A DNA stretch of 64,000 nucleotides from Patescibacteria group bacterium (lineage in GTDB: Bacteria; Patescibacteriota; Microgenomatia; Daviesbacterales; UBA10151). The translations under genes and the position numbers were made by a program. Under the pieces are notes generated by a model that was given only the letters and a program-made list of their open reading frames with translations, was not told where the DNA came from and searched no databases. The stretch covers positions 252 to 64,251 of the forward strand of contig JAMCSY010000025.1 of assembly GCA_023379125.1 (NCBI GenBank). The letters run 5' to 3'. This document shows positions 1 through 10,382 of the stretch, one piece after another. Each line of letters opens with the position of its first letter. Positions within the stretch are counted from its first letter, which is position 1.

Positions 1-163
1 AGACATTAAGATGGAGCCTGAGATACGAATTGAAACTCAGAACTCTGAAACAAGTCAGCCTAATGTAGACAAAAAAATAACAACTAAATCAGAAGGAGGT
101 AAAAGTAAGCTTGTGAGTCGTAAGACTACTAAAACAGTCCAATCTCGGACCAATAAGTCTAAA
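1..163 (+). CDS. 3' end of upstream ribosomal-protein gene (probably L22 C-terminal Lys-rich tail), partial
   Basis: Open frame from the window edge to TAA at 161-163; Lys/Thr-rich tail; lies immediately upstream of rpsC as in the S10 operon. Confidence 0.35.
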
Positions 164-168
164 TAATT

Positions 169-813
169 ATGGGAAGAAAAGTTAATCCAATTGGTTTTAG
201 AATGGGTGTTACGAGTTCCTGGCAATCCAGGTGGTTTGCTGATGATAAAAAATATAAACAATACATTCAAGAAGATATTAAAATTAGAGAATTACTGATG
301 AAAAAATTGAAACTAGCTGGTATTAGTCGAATTGAAATTGAGAGAGCTAGTAATAAGTTAAAGGTTATGTTGTATGTGGCCAAACCTGGTGTTTTAATTG
401 GCCGTGGAGGAACTGGTTTAACTGAACTTAAAAAGTTTTTACTCCAGCAATTACATGTTAAAGATGAAAACTCTTTAGAAATTGCCCCAATGGATATGCG
501 TGCCCCAGATCTATCTGCTTATTTTGTAGCTCAAAATATCGCTGAGCAATTGTCTAGACGTTTACCAGCTCAGCGAGTAATGAATCAAGCAATTGAGAGG
601 GTGATGCGAGCAGGAGCCAAAGGAGTTCGTGTAGCATTATCAGGTAGAATTGGTGGGGCAGAAATTGCTCGCCGTGAATGGAAAGCATCTGGAACAATGC
701 CCCTGCATACCTTAAGACAAGATATTGACTTTACCTCATACCCCGCTTTGACTAAATCTGGCTATGTCGGGGTTAAAGTGTGGATTAATAGAGGCGAAGC
801 AATTGAAAGCTGA
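169..813 (+). CDS. rpsC: 30S ribosomal protein S3
   Basis: KH/S3-C motifs (GIxxxIEIER, LxxQNIAEQL, GRIGGAEIAR); operon position. Confidence 0.95.
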   Translation: MGRKVNPIGFRMGVTSSWQSRWFADDKKYKQYIQEDIKIRELLMKKLKLAGISRIEIERASNKLKVMLYVAKPGVLIGRGGTGLTELKKFLLQQLHVKDENSLEIAPMDMRAPDLSAYFVAQNIAEQLSRRLPAQRVMNQAIERVMRAGAKGVRVALSGRIGGAEIARREWKASGTMPLHTLRQDIDFTSYPALTKSGYVGVKVWINRGEAIES

Positions 814-956
814 GAGCTTGAATAATAGATATTGAAGTAAGAATTATGAAGAAAAACATTATTAATTTAAATAAATCAGAAGGAGGTATTTGCTAAACAA
901 TTTTGCAGTGCAAACTAAATAGTAGTATCTAGTTTAGTTAAGATTGTTTAATTTAT

Positions 957-1376
957 ATGGCTTTACTGGTTCCCAAAAGAGCAAAATATAGAAAGACTTT
1001 TCGTGGAAAGAGAGGCGGGATGGCTACTCGTGGCAATACAATTTCTTTTGGTAATTTTGCTCTGAAATCGATGGAAAGAGGTTGGTTGTCCTCTCGTGAG
1101 ATTGAGGCAGCTAGAAGAGCAATGACCAACTTTACTTCTCGTGGAGGTAGGATTTGGATCAGAGTTTTCCCTGATAAGCCAATTACCAAGCATCCAGCTG
1201 AGTCACGCATGGGTTCTGGTAAAGGGGATGTAGTAGGGTATGTGGCAGTAGTTAAACCAGGTAGCTTAATTTTTGAAATGGGGGCAGTTAGCGAACCAAT
1301 TGCTCGGGAAGCAATGAGACTAGCTTCGCACAAATTATCATTGAAAACAAAGTTTATTACGAAGGAGGAGCTTTAA
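957..1376 (+). CDS. rplP: 50S ribosomal protein L16
   Basis: MLLPKRxKYRK-like N-terminus and RMGSGKG motif. Confidence 0.95.
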   Translation: MALLVPKRAKYRKTFRGKRGGMATRGNTISFGNFALKSMERGWLSSREIEAARRAMTNFTSRGGRIWIRVFPDKPITKHPAESRMGSGKGDVVGYVAVVKPGSLIFEMGAVSEPIAREAMRLASHKLSLKTKFITKEEL

Positions 1377-1434
1377 CTCGTTTTTGAAGCAGGAGACGAG
1401 CTAGCGAAGGCTCATCACAAAGGAGGGTTAATTT

Positions 1435-1692
1435 ATGAAAAAGAACGATTTAGTAGATTATAAAAAGCAGGATATTAAAGCATTGGTGAGTAGTATAGCT
1501 AAAACAAAAAAAGAGATACTAGATTTGATAATGGATCAAAAAACTGGTAAATTAACCAATCTGAGATTAATGAAAAACAAAAAAAGAGATGTTGCTCAGA
1601 TGAAAACAATCTTGAAACAGAAAGAATTATTGAAAGTCATAGAACAGACAATGGAGACTGAAAAAGTGAGTCAGGGAGCAAAGACTAAATAA
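1435..1692 (+). CDS. rpmC: 50S ribosomal protein L29
   Basis: Small helical Lys-rich protein between L16 and S17; RBS GGAGGG upstream. Confidence 0.8.
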   Translation: MKKNDLVDYKKQDIKALVSSIAKTKKEILDLIMDQKTGKLTNLRLMKNKKRDVAQMKTILKQKELLKVIEQTMETEKVSQGAKTK

Positions 1693-1708
1693 TGGTCTTG
1701 AGTAAATT

Positions 1709-2206
1709 ATGCTAAAGAAAACAACTAAAACAGAAAATAAACAAAAAGCAATACCAGCGACTGGTCAAATAATCAATGGTCGAGTGGTATCAGCCAAATT
1801 GCCACAGACAGTGGTGGTATTGGTAGAAGGCTTCAAAACTCACAAACTATACAATAAGGCCTTTAAGAGAAGCAAGAGATTCATGGTGCATGATGAAATT
1901 GGTGTTAAAGAAGGAGATTTAGTCAATATTGTCAAGACGAGACCATTCTCTAAAAATAAACATTGGCAAATTATTAACATAATTGGACGAGATATTGAAG
2001 CTATTGTCTCAGAGCAGCTAAAAGCTGAAGCAGCTGAAGCAGTAGCAGAAGTTATGCCAGTAGAAGAAAAAGAAGTAATTGGAGCTGAGAATAAGGAGTC
2101 AAAAACTGAAAAACAAGCAATTATGAAACCAGGGAAAGATCGTGATGGACTTTCTGACAGCAAGCTTGCTAGGAGAGAGAAAAGTCCGTCCAGAAAGTCT
2201 AAGTAA
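1709..2206 (+). CDS. rpsQ: 30S ribosomal protein S17 with ~80-aa C-terminal extension
   Basis: S17 OB-fold core (GxVVSxKMxKT..V.V.. HDE..... GD.V.I...RP.SK.K.W) followed by an acidic/Lys-rich tail. Confidence 0.9.
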   Translation: MLKKTTKTENKQKAIPATGQIINGRVVSAKLPQTVVVLVEGFKTHKLYNKAFKRSKRFMVHDEIGVKEGDLVNIVKTRPFSKNKHWQIINIIGRDIEAIVSEQLKAEAAEAVAEVMPVEEKEVIGAENKESKTEKQAIMKPGKDRDGLSDSKLARREKSPSRKSK

Positions 2207-2209
2207 TTT

Positions 2210-2578
2210 ATGGTACAACATAGATCAATCTTAAAAGTTGCTGATAATAGTGGAGCCAAAAATGTGCAGGTAATTCAACCATTGGGTGGTTCTGGTAAAA
2301 AAATAGTCCATATTGGGGAAATTTTTGTTGGGGTAGTCAAAGGAGCAAATCCTAATGGACAAGTTAAAGATTCTGAAGTGATTAGGGGTGTTTTGGTTAG
2401 AGCAAGAAAAGAGTCTCGTCGATCGGATGGTTCTTATATTAAATTTGACGATAACGCAACTGTCATTATTGATAAAGATGGTAACTTGCGAGCAACCAGG
2501 GTTTTTGGTCCAGTTGCTCGGGAAATTCGTGAGAAAGGATTTACCAAAATCGCTTCGTTAGCACCGGAGGTATGGTAA
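2210..2578 (+). CDS. rplN: 50S ribosomal protein L14
   Basis: [17 protein letters not shown] motif. Confidence 0.95.
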   Translation: MVQHRSILKVADNSGAKNVQVIQPLGGSGKKIVHIGEIFVGVVKGANPNGQVKDSEVIRGVLVRARKESRRSDGSYIKFDDNATVIIDKDGNLRATRVFGPVAREIREKGFTKIASLAPEVW

Positions 2579-2889
2579 TTATGAAAATACATCGAGACGA
2601 TACAGTGATGATTACTTTAGGCAAAGACGCTGGTAAAAGCGGTAAGGTAGTTCGTGTGTTGGGTAAAGAAGGTCAAATATTAGTGGAAGGAATTAATATG
2701 GTGAAAAGACATTTAAGAAAAGTTGGCCAATCAGGTGGCCGTGAAGTGGAACTGGCTAAACCAGTAAATGTCAGTAATGTGATGTTGGTATGTCCAAAAT
2801 GTAAAAAAACAACGCGAGTTGGTTTTAAGGTTGATGGAAATAAGAAAATTAGAATATGTAAAAAATGTCAGGAGGTTATTGCTACCTAG
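2572..2889 (+). CDS. rplX: 50S ribosomal protein L24
   Basis: KOW motif ([10 protein letters not shown]), overlaps the rplN stop; C-terminal CxxC...CxxC. Confidence 0.9.
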   Translation: MVIMKIHRDDTVMITLGKDAGKSGKVVRVLGKEGQILVEGINMVKRHLRKVGQSGGREVELAKPVNVSNVMLVCPKCKKTTRVGFKVDGNKKIRICKKCQEVIAT

Positions 2890-2922
2890 TGTTAATTTTT
2901 GATCAGGCAGTAAAAATATACG

Positions 2923-3471
2923 ATGAACTTACTAATGAAAAAATATCAAGAAGAAATATTAGCTACCCTCAAAAAGGAGTATGGTATTAAAAATCATATG
3001 GGAGTACCAAGGTTACAAAAAGTTGTGATTAATGTGGGGATTGGTGACATTAAAGACGATCAATCAGCAATTGATAAGATTGTGGTCGATGTAGCGGCTT
3101 TAGCGGGTCAGAAGCCGGTTGTGACAAAAGCTAAACAAGCAATTTCCGCTTTTAAGCTTTCGAAAGGTCAACCAGTTGGTGTTACAGCTACTTTGCGAGG
3201 TGTGCGCATGTATGATTTTTTAGAAAAGCTAATTACAATTGTTTTACCTAAAGTACGTGATTTTCGTGGTTTGCCAACACAGTCTTTTGACAATCAGGGA
3301 AACTATACCTTGGGTCTTAGGGAACATGGTATTTTTCCGGAGGTTGATTATTCTACCTCGACATTCGAAAAGAGCAAGGGTCTAGAGATCTCGATTGTAT
3401 CGAATGCTCAGGATAAAGAAAGAGGTAAAAGATTGTTAGAATTAATGGGCATGCCTTTTAAGAAAAAATAA
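2923..3471 (+). CDS. rplE: 50S ribosomal protein L5
   Basis: L5 N- and C-domain motifs; operon position. Confidence 0.95.
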   Translation: MNLLMKKYQEEILATLKKEYGIKNHMGVPRLQKVVINVGIGDIKDDQSAIDKIVVDVAALAGQKPVVTKAKQAISAFKLSKGQPVGVTATLRGVRMYDFLEKLITIVLPKVRDFRGLPTQSFDNQGNYTLGLREHGIFPEVDYSTSTFEKSKGLEISIVSNAQDKERGKRLLELMGMPFKKK

Positions 3472-3483
3472 TTAATATTATCT

Positions 3484-3663
3484 ATGGCGAAAAAAAGTAA
3501 TGTAGTAAAAAATAAAGAAAAATATCAGGTGAGATACCACTCTCGCTGCTTGCGTTGTGGTAGATCACGTTTTGTTTACAGTAAGTTTGGTTTATGCAGA
3601 CTCTGTTTTAGAGAGTTGGCAAATTTAGGTCAGCTACCAGGAGTTAAAAAAGCTAGCTGGTAA
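3484..3663 (+). CDS. rpsN: 30S ribosomal protein S14 type Z (zinc-binding); missed by the ORF track because it is under 60 aa
   Basis: Hand translation [59 protein letters not shown]; CxxC-x12-CxxC; sits between L5 and S8. Confidence 0.9.
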   Translation: MAKKSNVVKNKEKYQVRYHSRCLRCGRSRFVYSKFGLCRLCFRELANLGQLPGVKKASW

Positions 3664-3674
3664 CAAACAAAAAT

Positions 3675-4049
3675 ATGGATAAAGTTGGAGATTTATTAAT
3701 CAGAATTAAAAATGGATATATGGCTGCAAAGCTAGAAGTTATAGTGCCTTATTCCAAATTATCGATGGCGATTTGTCACCTACTGAGAGCAGAAGGATAC
3801 ATTGAGGACTTTAAAAATCAGGATCGAGAAATAGTTGTTAAATTACGCTATGAGAATCGTAAGCCAGCTCTGAGTGGAGTCACTAGAATTTCGAAGCCTG
3901 GAAGGAGAGTTTATAAGGGTAATAGTAGTATTCCACGAGTATACAATGGTTTAGGGGTAGCGATTATTTCTACACCAAAGGGTATTATGAGCGATGATCA
4001 AGCTAGAAAGGAGAAATTGGGCGGAGAAATTATGGCCTTCGTCTGGTAA
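3675..4049 (+). CDS. rpsH: 30S ribosomal protein S8
   Basis: DxxxDxLxRIKN N-terminus and C-terminal GGEIxxxVW. Confidence 0.95.
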   Translation: MDKVGDLLIRIKNGYMAAKLEVIVPYSKLSMAICHLLRAEGYIEDFKNQDREIVVKLRYENRKPALSGVTRISKPGRRVYKGNSSIPRVYNGLGVAIISTPKGIMSDDQARKEKLGGEIMAFVW

Positions 4050-4052
4050 GCA

Positions 4053-4610
4053 ATGTCAAGAATAGGTGATGCACCAATTAATATACCTGATGCAGTAAAT
4101 GTTGAAGTTGTTGGTCGTTTAGTTAAGGCCATTGGTCCTTTGGGACAACTTGAGCTGGAACATCGACCCGAGATTAAGGTTGAACACATTGAAAAACAGT
4201 TAATTGTGAAAAAGAATCGTAAGGATCAACAAGTGCGGGCGTTACATGGTTTAACCCGTTCGCTAATAAATAATATGGTGATTGGTGTAGAAAAAGGTTG
4301 GCAAAAAAGATTGGAATTAGTCGGAGTAGGTTTTCGAGCTCAGACTTCGGGCGAAAAATTAACTTTGAACGTCGGATTTTCTCATCCGGTAGAAATCACT
4401 GCTCCTGCAGGAGTAAAATTTGCTGTTGAGGATAACACTAAAATTATTATTTCCGGGATAGATAAGTATTTAGTTGGACAAATTGCGGCAACAATTAGAG
4501 CCGTCAAACCACCTGAACCATATCAAGGTAAGGGTATTCGTTATGCTGGTGAGCATGTTCGTAGAAAGGCTGGTAAGGCGGGTAAAGCTGGCGCAGCAGG
4601 AGCAAAATAA
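4053..4610 (+). CDS. rplF: 50S ribosomal protein L6
   Basis: MSRIG N-terminus, two L6 repeats, KGIRYxxExV. Confidence 0.95.
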   Translation: MSRIGDAPINIPDAVNVEVVGRLVKAIGPLGQLELEHRPEIKVEHIEKQLIVKKNRKDQQVRALHGLTRSLINNMVIGVEKGWQKRLELVGVGFRAQTSGEKLTLNVGFSHPVEITAPAGVKFAVEDNTKIIISGIDKYLVGQIAATIRAVKPPEPYQGKGIRYAGEHVRRKAGKAGKAGAAGAK

Positions 4611-4612
4611 TT

Positions 4613-4951
4613 ATGAAAAAATATCAACCAAGAGTCAGGCGACATTTAAGAGTTAGAAAAACAATTTTTGGAACTGCTCAAAAGCCAAGATTGGCTGTTT
4701 TTCGCTCGAATCAACATATCTATGCTCAAATTATTGATGATAACCAACAAAAAACATTGGTAGCAGCATCTGATTTAAAAATCAGTAATGCTAAAAAAAC
4801 TGAAGTAGCTTTTGAGGTAGGTAAAAATATAGCTAAAGATGCGATAAAAAAGGGAATAAAACTAGTGGTTTTTGACCGTGGTGGTTTTCTATATCACGGT
4901 CGTGTGGCTAAACTAGCTGAAGGTGCTAGAGAAGGAGGGCTAACATTCTAA
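4613..4951 (+). CDS. rplR: 50S ribosomal protein L18
   Basis: RLxVFRSNxHIYAQxIDD and FDRGGxxYHGRV motifs. Confidence 0.95.
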   Translation: MKKYQPRVRRHLRVRKTIFGTAQKPRLAVFRSNQHIYAQIIDDNQQKTLVAASDLKISNAKKTEVAFEVGKNIAKDAIKKGIKLVVFDRGGFLYHGRVAKLAEGAREGGLTF

Positions 4952-5592
4952 TGCATCCAGATAATATTCGTCATTCTAGATATGAGCGTGAACAATCTGA
5001 ATATTTTGAAAAGGTAGTTCAAGTTAACCGTGTCTCTAAAAAGACTCAAGGCGGTGACAAAAGATCTCTATCTGTAATTGTGGTGGCTGGAGATAAAAAA
5101 GGTAAGGTTGGTGTGGGATTGGGTAAGGCCCTTGATGTGCAATCAGCAGTCCGCAAGGCAACTAATTATGCCAAAAAACACTTAATAGAAGTGCCTTTGG
5201 TGGATAATCGGACAATCCCACATACTATTTTTGTTAAGCTAGGTGCAGCTAAGGTTTTGCTTAAGCCAGCACCGGCTGGAACAGGGATTATTGCTGGTGG
5301 TGCAGTGCGCGTAGTAGTGGAAGCAGCGGGAATTTCGGATGTGGTCTCAAAAATTATTGGTACCAGTAATCAAGCTTCAAACGTATATGCGACTCTGGAG
5401 GCGTTAGCGAAATTACGTACTGTGACTAGAAAACAGAATCGCTCTAAAGATGCACAAGCAAAAAAAATTAATGAATCTCTCTCTGATGCACACAATGAAG
5501 TATCCGCAAAAGAACAAATTATTTCACCTGTTCGCCCTCGTAGTAAACCACAAGGTACTCTTAGACAAAATAAAACTAAGGAGAAAAAATAA
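4951..5592 (+). CDS. rpsE: 30S ribosomal protein S5 with ~50-aa Lys-rich C-terminal extension
   Basis: S5 dsRBD and C-terminal domains (VxRVxKxxxGG, GTGIIAGG). Confidence 0.95.
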   Translation: MHPDNIRHSRYEREQSEYFEKVVQVNRVSKKTQGGDKRSLSVIVVAGDKKGKVGVGLGKALDVQSAVRKATNYAKKHLIEVPLVDNRTIPHTIFVKLGAAKVLLKPAPAGTGIIAGGAVRVVVEAAGISDVVSKIIGTSNQASNVYATLEALAKLRTVTRKQNRSKDAQAKKINESLSDAHNEVSAKEQIISPVRPRSKPQGTLRQNKTKEKK

Positions 5593-6029
5593 TGTCTATA
5601 ATCAGTGTGAAAGTTGTGACTAGATCAAAAAAAAGAATTGGCCGTGGGTTAGGTTCAGGGAAAGGTAAAACTGGCGGTCGAGGTATGAAGGGGCAAAAAG
5701 CTCGAGGCAAATCACCTTTTGGCTTTATTGGTGGAACTTTGCCTATTTATAAAAGGTTGCCTTATCGTCGTGGTGTGGGCAATCCAAAACGGACAGTCAA
5801 ACCATCGTTAATTCAGCTTTCACAATTGGCTAGTTTGCAGGCTAATACTACAGTTGATTTAAACAGTTTATTGGAAAGTAAAATTATTACTCAACAGGTG
5901 GTAGTAAAAGGTGGGGTAAAAATTGTCAGTGGTGGTCAGATAAGTATACCTTTGGTGATCAAAATACCAATTTCTGCGATGGCTGCCCAAGCTGTAATTA
6001 AAGCCGGAGGAAAGGTGGACAATGCCTGA
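5592..6029 (+). CDS. rplO: 50S ribosomal protein L15
   Basis: GRGxGSGxGKTxGRGxKGQ motif; starts at the rpsE stop, so no L30 gene is present. Confidence 0.95.
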   Translation: MSIISVKVVTRSKKRIGRGLGSGKGKTGGRGMKGQKARGKSPFGFIGGTLPIYKRLPYRRGVGNPKRTVKPSLIQLSQLASLQANTTVDLNSLLESKIITQQVVVKGGVKIVSGGQISIPLVIKIPISAMAAQAVIKAGGKVDNA

Positions 6030-7311
6030 GTTACTCTCACCGATCATTAATTCTTTTCGCATCAGAGAGCTTCGTCAAAAAATCCTAATTACAGCCGCGA
6101 TTATAGTTATTTTCAGAATTGCCGCTCATATTCCTGTTGGTGGAGTAAATGTAGCAGCCTTACAACAGCTTTTTCAAGGATCACAGTTACTCGGTTTACT
6201 AGATATCTTTTCTGGTGGGACATTAGCCAACTTTTCGATTGTCTCTTTAGGCCTTAATCCCTATATTAACGCTTCAATTATTGTCCAATTATTAACTATG
6301 GTTTTCCCCTCACTAGAAGCTTTATCAAAAGAAGGTGAATATGGTAGGCAAAAAATTAATCAATATACACGATATCTAACAGTTCCCTTGGCAATTGTCC
6401 AGTCTATTGGTATGGTTACACTTTTAAAAAGCCAAGGAATTGTGATTGATGTTACGCCTATTAACATTCTCACGATTATTGTGACAATGACCGCAGGAAC
6501 AATTTTTGTGATGTGGTTGGGAGAGTTGATTTCGGAGTATGGGATTGGTAATGGAATCTCGCTACTTATTTTTGCTGGGATTGTTGCCAGGACTCCGGTG
6601 GCTTTGGCGCAAACTGCCTCTGTTGCTGATGCACAACAAATATTACATATTTTAATTTTCGCGGCATTAGCTTTAGTTGTGACAGCTGGAATTGTCTTTA
6701 TTAACGAAGCTCGTCGACAGGTATTAGTGCAATATGCCAGGAGATTTCTTGGTGGTCGAGAGGTAGGGGGAGCTTCAACCTATCTACCATTACGTATTAA
6801 CCAAGCAGGTGTGATCCCAATTATCTTTGCTGTTTCACTAGTATTAATCCCATCTTTTGCCGGGCAATATCTGTCTCAGCTGCCTCAGCCAGCTTTACAA
6901 AATATTGGCAGGTGGTTTCTAACTTATTTTCAAGTCAGATCACTGGCGTATAATGCTGCCTACTTTTTGTTAGTGATCGGTTTTACTTATTTTTATACTG
7001 CTGTCATATTCAATCCGACCAAGATTGCTGACGAAATTAAAAAGGCAGGTGCTTTTATTCCCGGAGTCAGACCAGGAGCGACTACTGCGTCTTACCTCAA
7101 CTATATTTTAACCAGAATTACTTTAGCTGGTGCGATTTTTTTAGGAATAGTAGCGATTTTACCAACAATTGTTTCTGACATGACTGGTGTAACGACACTA
7201 GCGATTGGTGGAACCAGCATTTTAATTGTCGTTTCTGTAATTTTAGATACAGCTAAACAGTTTGAGAGTAAATTAGTAGAAAGAAATTACGATTCTTTTC
7301 TTGGGAGATAA
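6022..7311 (+). CDS. secY: preprotein translocase subunit SecY
   Basis: 10-TM profile, LxIFxLGxxPYIxASII motif; operon position. Confidence 0.95.
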   Translation: MPELLSPIINSFRIRELRQKILITAAIIVIFRIAAHIPVGGVNVAALQQLFQGSQLLGLLDIFSGGTLANFSIVSLGLNPYINASIIVQLLTMVFPSLEALSKEGEYGRQKINQYTRYLTVPLAIVQSIGMVTLLKSQGIVIDVTPINILTIIVTMTAGTIFVMWLGELISEYGIGNGISLLIFAGIVARTPVALAQTASVADAQQILHILIFAALALVVTAGIVFINEARRQVLVQYARRFLGGREVGGASTYLPLRINQAGVIPIIFAVSLVLIPSFAGQYLSQLPQPALQNIGRWFLTYFQVRSLAYNAAYFLLVIGFTYFYTAVIFNPTKIADEIKKAGAFIPGVRPGATTASYLNYILTRITLAGAIFLGIVAILPTIVSDMTGVTTLAIGGTSILIVVSVILDTAKQFESKLVERNYDSFLGR

Positions 7312-7314
7312 GCA

Positions 7315-7860
7315 ATGAAGATTTTAATTACCGGTCCACAAGGATCAGGAAAAACTACACAGGCAGAAATTTTAGCGAAAAAATACCAACTAAATTTTTT
7401 TGGTGTGGGTGATCAGCTACGGGAACTAGCTAGTGAAGATAGCAATATGGGGAAAGCGGTTAAGGAGGCTTTGGATAAGGGTGAGTTGGTTGACAATCAA
7501 ATTGTAGCTAATTTAGTTAAAAAGACTTTTAATAAGGAGCAATATCGTTCGGGTTTTATCACTGACGGTTATCCACGAGATAAAGAGCAACTAGATTTAT
7601 ATGATCCACAATTTGATGTTGTGATTTATCTACAAATGAATGATGAGCAGGTCCAAAAAAGATTATTAGCCAGGGGTCGAAACGATGATACACCAGAGGA
7701 TATTGCCCATCGTCTAAGATGGTATCACCAACGAACTGGTCAGGTTTTGGATATTTACCGACAGCAGGGTAAGCTAATAGAAGTTGATGGTAACCAGACA
7801 ATAGAGCAAGTCACTGCTGAAATTGAACATAAACTAAAGGGTTTTTTGAATCATGAGTAA
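7315..7860 (+). CDS. adk: adenylate kinase (short form)
   Basis: P-loop GPQGSGKTTQ; operon position. Confidence 0.9.
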   Translation: MKILITGPQGSGKTTQAEILAKKYQLNFFGVGDQLRELASEDSNMGKAVKEALDKGELVDNQIVANLVKKTFNKEQYRSGFITDGYPRDKEQLDLYDPQFDVVIYLQMNDEQVQKRLLARGRNDDTPEDIAHRLRWYHQRTGQVLDIYRQQGKLIEVDGNQTIEQVTAEIEHKLKGFLNHE

Positions 7861-8638
7861 GCAGCTAAATACTGATAATTTAGTAAGAAGTTCAGATCAG
7901 TTAAAGTTGTTGCGCAAAAGTGGTCATATTAGTGCTTTGGCATTAAAAAAAGTTATCCAAGCGGTCAAACCAGGTTTGAGCTTAATGGAATTAGATCGTA
8001 TTGCAGAAGAAGAGATTATCCGTTTGGGCGCCAAACCTGCTTTTAAGACAGTACCAAATTATTACTGGACAACTTGTCTGACACTTAATGATGAAGTGGT
8101 ACATGGTATACCGCGAAACACTAAATTGCAGGAGGGAGATATTGTGAGTATAGATTTAGGGGCAATTTATCATGGTTGGTATTCAGATGTGGCATGGTCA
8201 ATTCAAGCAGGACAAAAAGCGCAGTTTAATCCAGTTAAAGAACAATTTCTAAAAGTTGGAGAAAAAGCTTTAAAGTCAGCCATTTCGCAAGCTGTTGATG
8301 GTAATCGAGTTGGAGATATTTCGGCGGCGATGCAAGCAGAAATAGAAAAAGCAGGCTATTCCGTTGTAAAAAGCCTGACTGGACATGGAGTCGGCAAATC
8401 TTATCACGAAGAGCCCGAAATACCAGGTTTTGGAAACAAAAATATGGGTATGTTGTTAAAAAGTGGTATGAGCTTGGCTATAGAAGCAATTTATGCCGCT
8501 GGTGAGGGTGAGGTTTTTGAAAAAGAAGATGGTTGGACGATTGCGACAGAAGATGAAAGTTTAAGTGGTTTATTTGAGATGACTGTAATTATTGCTAAAA
8601 ATCAGGCAGAAGTGATTACAGATTGGAGGCAAGTATAA
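7853..8638 (+). CDS. map: methionine aminopeptidase type I
   Basis: Pita-bread fold metal ligands (D..D..H..E..E pattern, HGxG). Confidence 0.9.
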   Translation: MSKQLNTDNLVRSSDQLKLLRKSGHISALALKKVIQAVKPGLSLMELDRIAEEEIIRLGAKPAFKTVPNYYWTTCLTLNDEVVHGIPRNTKLQEGDIVSIDLGAIYHGWYSDVAWSIQAGQKAQFNPVKEQFLKVGEKALKSAISQAVDGNRVGDISAAMQAEIEKAGYSVVKSLTGHGVGKSYHEEPEIPGFGNKNMGMLLKSGMSLAIEAIYAAGEGEVFEKEDGWTIATEDESLSGLFEMTVIIAKNQAEVITDWRQV

Positions 8639-8762
8639 ACTAAGTTGTCAGTAGAAAATGATTAGTTTACGCTTTTTCCAAGCGTTTAATGGGTAGATTC
8701 TAATAGAATTATAGGTTGTATTTTGAAGCTAAACCTGATACAATCTTAGATTGTAGATAAAA

Positions 8763-9026
8763 ATGAATAGTCAAAACAATACTGCTGCTCAAGATGTTAT
8801 TGAAGTTGAGGGAAAAATACTGGAAGTTTTGCCCAACACGTTATTTAGAGTGGAGATCGAGAATGCTCGAGACTTACCTGAACTAAATGGGAGGGTGGTT
8901 TTGGCTCATATTTCTGGTAAAATGCGTCTACATTATATTAGATTATTAGCTGGAGATCGGGTCAGAATGGAGATGAGTCCAAAATATGATTTGGATAAAG
9001 CCAGAATTACCTATAGGATAAGATAA
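8763..9026 (+). CDS. infA: translation initiation factor IF-1
   Basis: S1-like OB motif (LPNxxFRVExEN... [20 protein letters not shown]). Confidence 0.9.
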   Translation: MNSQNNTAAQDVIEVEGKILEVLPNTLFRVEIENARDLPELNGRVVLAHISGKMRLHYIRLLAGDRVRMEMSPKYDLDKARITYRIR

Positions 9027-9156
9027 TTAAGAAGCGTTAAGTATACAATATTGGGAAAAGAAAGGATTTTACGCAGTACTAAGACGTGTAATAGATGATT
9101 TGGCAGTATAAACTGCTAGGTTGATTATTAGATAAGTCCAAATCTGTCTAAAGAAA

Positions 9157-9273
9157 ATGAAAGTTCAGGCATCTATCAAAGCAAGGTGTAAATTTTGTAA
9201 AATAGTCAAACGCGAAGGCGTGTTGTATGTAATCTGTTCTCGTGACCCGAGGCATAAACAAAGACAAGGATAA
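9157..9273 (+). CDS. rpmJ: 50S ribosomal protein L36; missed by the ORF track because it is under 60 aa
   Basis: Hand translation [38 protein letters not shown] (C-x2-C-x12-C-x4-H zinc ribbon). Confidence 0.9.
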   Translation: MKVQASIKARCKFCKIVKREGVLYVICSRDPRHKQRQG

Positions 9274-9276
9274 AAG

Positions 9277-9600
9277 ATGACAATAGAAGGATCCGAACAG
9301 TCAGAAAAATTGATAAACAAAGAGATTGTACAAAATGCCACTAGAGTCACTTTACTAGCTCAACTTTATGGTATGGTCTTACTAAACTTGGTAGCTGAGG
9401 GTAAAGTTAGTGAAGACGAGATATGTTACATAATAACTAGATTAGGCAGTGAAGCTTCAGGTAGAAGATCATATGAAGCAGATACGAGAAGAATGTCGAG
9501 AAGACTAGGTATGTCAGAAGTAGATAGGATCCAGACTAACAGATGGGCTCTTGCTAATGCTGCGCGAATATTATTTGATCCTGAGGAGGTAGAAAAATAA
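9277..9600 (+). CDS. hypothetical 107-aa ORF inserted between rpmJ and rpsM (alternatively an extended alpha-operon leader)
   Basis: ATG 4 nt after the rpmJ stop, ends 2 nt before the rpsM ATG; non-repetitive protein-like composition; no family recognised. Confidence 0.4.
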   Translation: MTIEGSEQSEKLINKEIVQNATRVTLLAQLYGMVLLNLVAEGKVSEDEICYIITRLGSEASGRRSYEADTRRMSRRLGMSEVDRIQTNRWALANAARILFDPEEVEK

Positions 9601-9601
9601 A

Positions 9602-9973
9602 ATGGCCAGAATTGCAGGGGTAGAAATACCAGATAAAAAAAGAGTAGATATTGGGTTAACTTATCTTTATGGCATAGGTAGATCAAATGTCGGTAGTTTA
9701 ATTGAGGCAAGTGGTTTGGACGCCAACAAACGAGTTAAGGACTTAACTGAGGAAGAGGTTGGAAAGATTTTGAAAGCTTTAGAAAAATTTGTTGTAGAAG
9801 GAGATTTAAGACAAGAGGTCAACCAAAATGTTAGAAGGTTAGAAGAAATTGGCTCTTATCGAGGTTTAAGACATAGAAGAGGCTTACCTGCTAGAGGTCA
9901 GCGAACTAGGCATAATGCTCGCACAAAGCGTGGTAAAAGAAAAACTGTTGGTACAAGCAAGAAAGAAAAGTAA
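9602..9973 (+). CDS. rpsM: 30S ribosomal protein S13
   Basis: MARIAGVxIP N-terminus, GxRHRxGLPxRGQRTxTNART. Confidence 0.95.
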   Translation: MARIAGVEIPDKKRVDIGLTYLYGIGRSNVGSLIEASGLDANKRVKDLTEEEVGKILKALEKFVVEGDLRQEVNQNVRRLEEIGSYRGLRHRRGLPARGQRTRHNARTKRGKRKTVGTSKKEK

Positions 9974-9975
9974 AA

Positions 9976-10380
9976 ATGGCTAAAAAGACTATTAAGAAAG
10001 CAACTAAAACAAGTAAAAAATCGACACCGAAACAAGTCTCAACGGGGAGATTTTATGTGACTGCAACATTTAACAACACCCTAGTTACCTTAACTGATTT
10101 GGCGGGTAATACTTTGTCTTGGAGTTCGTCTGGATCCTCTGGTTTTAAAGGAGCCAGAAAATCTACTCCTTTTGCGGCCATCACTGCAGTGGAAAAAGTT
10201 GCCAGCAAAGCCAAAGAAATGGGTGTGACTGCAGCAGAAGTCTACATAAAAGGTCCAGGACCTGGCAGAGATGCTTCAATTAGGGCGCTACGTAGTGCTG
10301 GATTGAATATCTTAATGATTGCTGATGTTACTCCAGTTCCTCATAACGGAGCTCGAGCAAAGAAGAAAAGGAGAGTATAA
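9976..10380 (+). CDS. rpsK: 30S ribosomal protein S11
   Basis: NNTxVTxTDxxGN, PHNGCRxxKxRRV. Confidence 0.95.
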   Translation: MAKKTIKKATKTSKKSTPKQVSTGRFYVTATFNNTLVTLTDLAGNTLSWSSSGSSGFKGARKSTPFAAITAVEKVASKAKEMGVTAAEVYIKGPGPGRDASIRALRSAGLNILMIADVTPVPHNGARAKKKRRV

Positions 10381-10382
10381 AA

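Noticed and set aside
840-956. Small ORF (MKKNIINLNKSEGGIC) and hairpin in the rpsC-rplP spacer
   Set aside because: A 16-codon ORF with no RBS. The spacer more likely holds the rplP RBS and a processing stem, and there is not enough evidence to call a feature.
953-1333. Antisense ORFs within rplP (126 aa and 76 aa), and similar antisense or alternate-frame ORFs at 1840..2259, 3998..4189, 4474..4656, 5868..6062, 7559..7801, 9165..9350, 9426..9710, 10739..10963, 12816..13022, 14026..14301, 15850..16044, 16609..16797, 17915..18136, 19416..19613, 21661..21867, 22603..22833, 28341..29946 (several), 30838..31083, 32856..33140, 34258..34455, 38842..39123, 40045..40230, 40482..40679, 41777..42136, 42018..42344, 45878..46135, 48593..48868, 49359..49653, 50769..50963, 52108..52293, 52547..52783, 52901..53092, 54003..54242, 58016..58219, 58649..58846, 60525..60770, 61068..61253, 63042..63233
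   Set aside because: Each is embedded in, or antisense to, a well-supported conserved gene, lacks an RBS, and has a composition typical of shadow ORFs.
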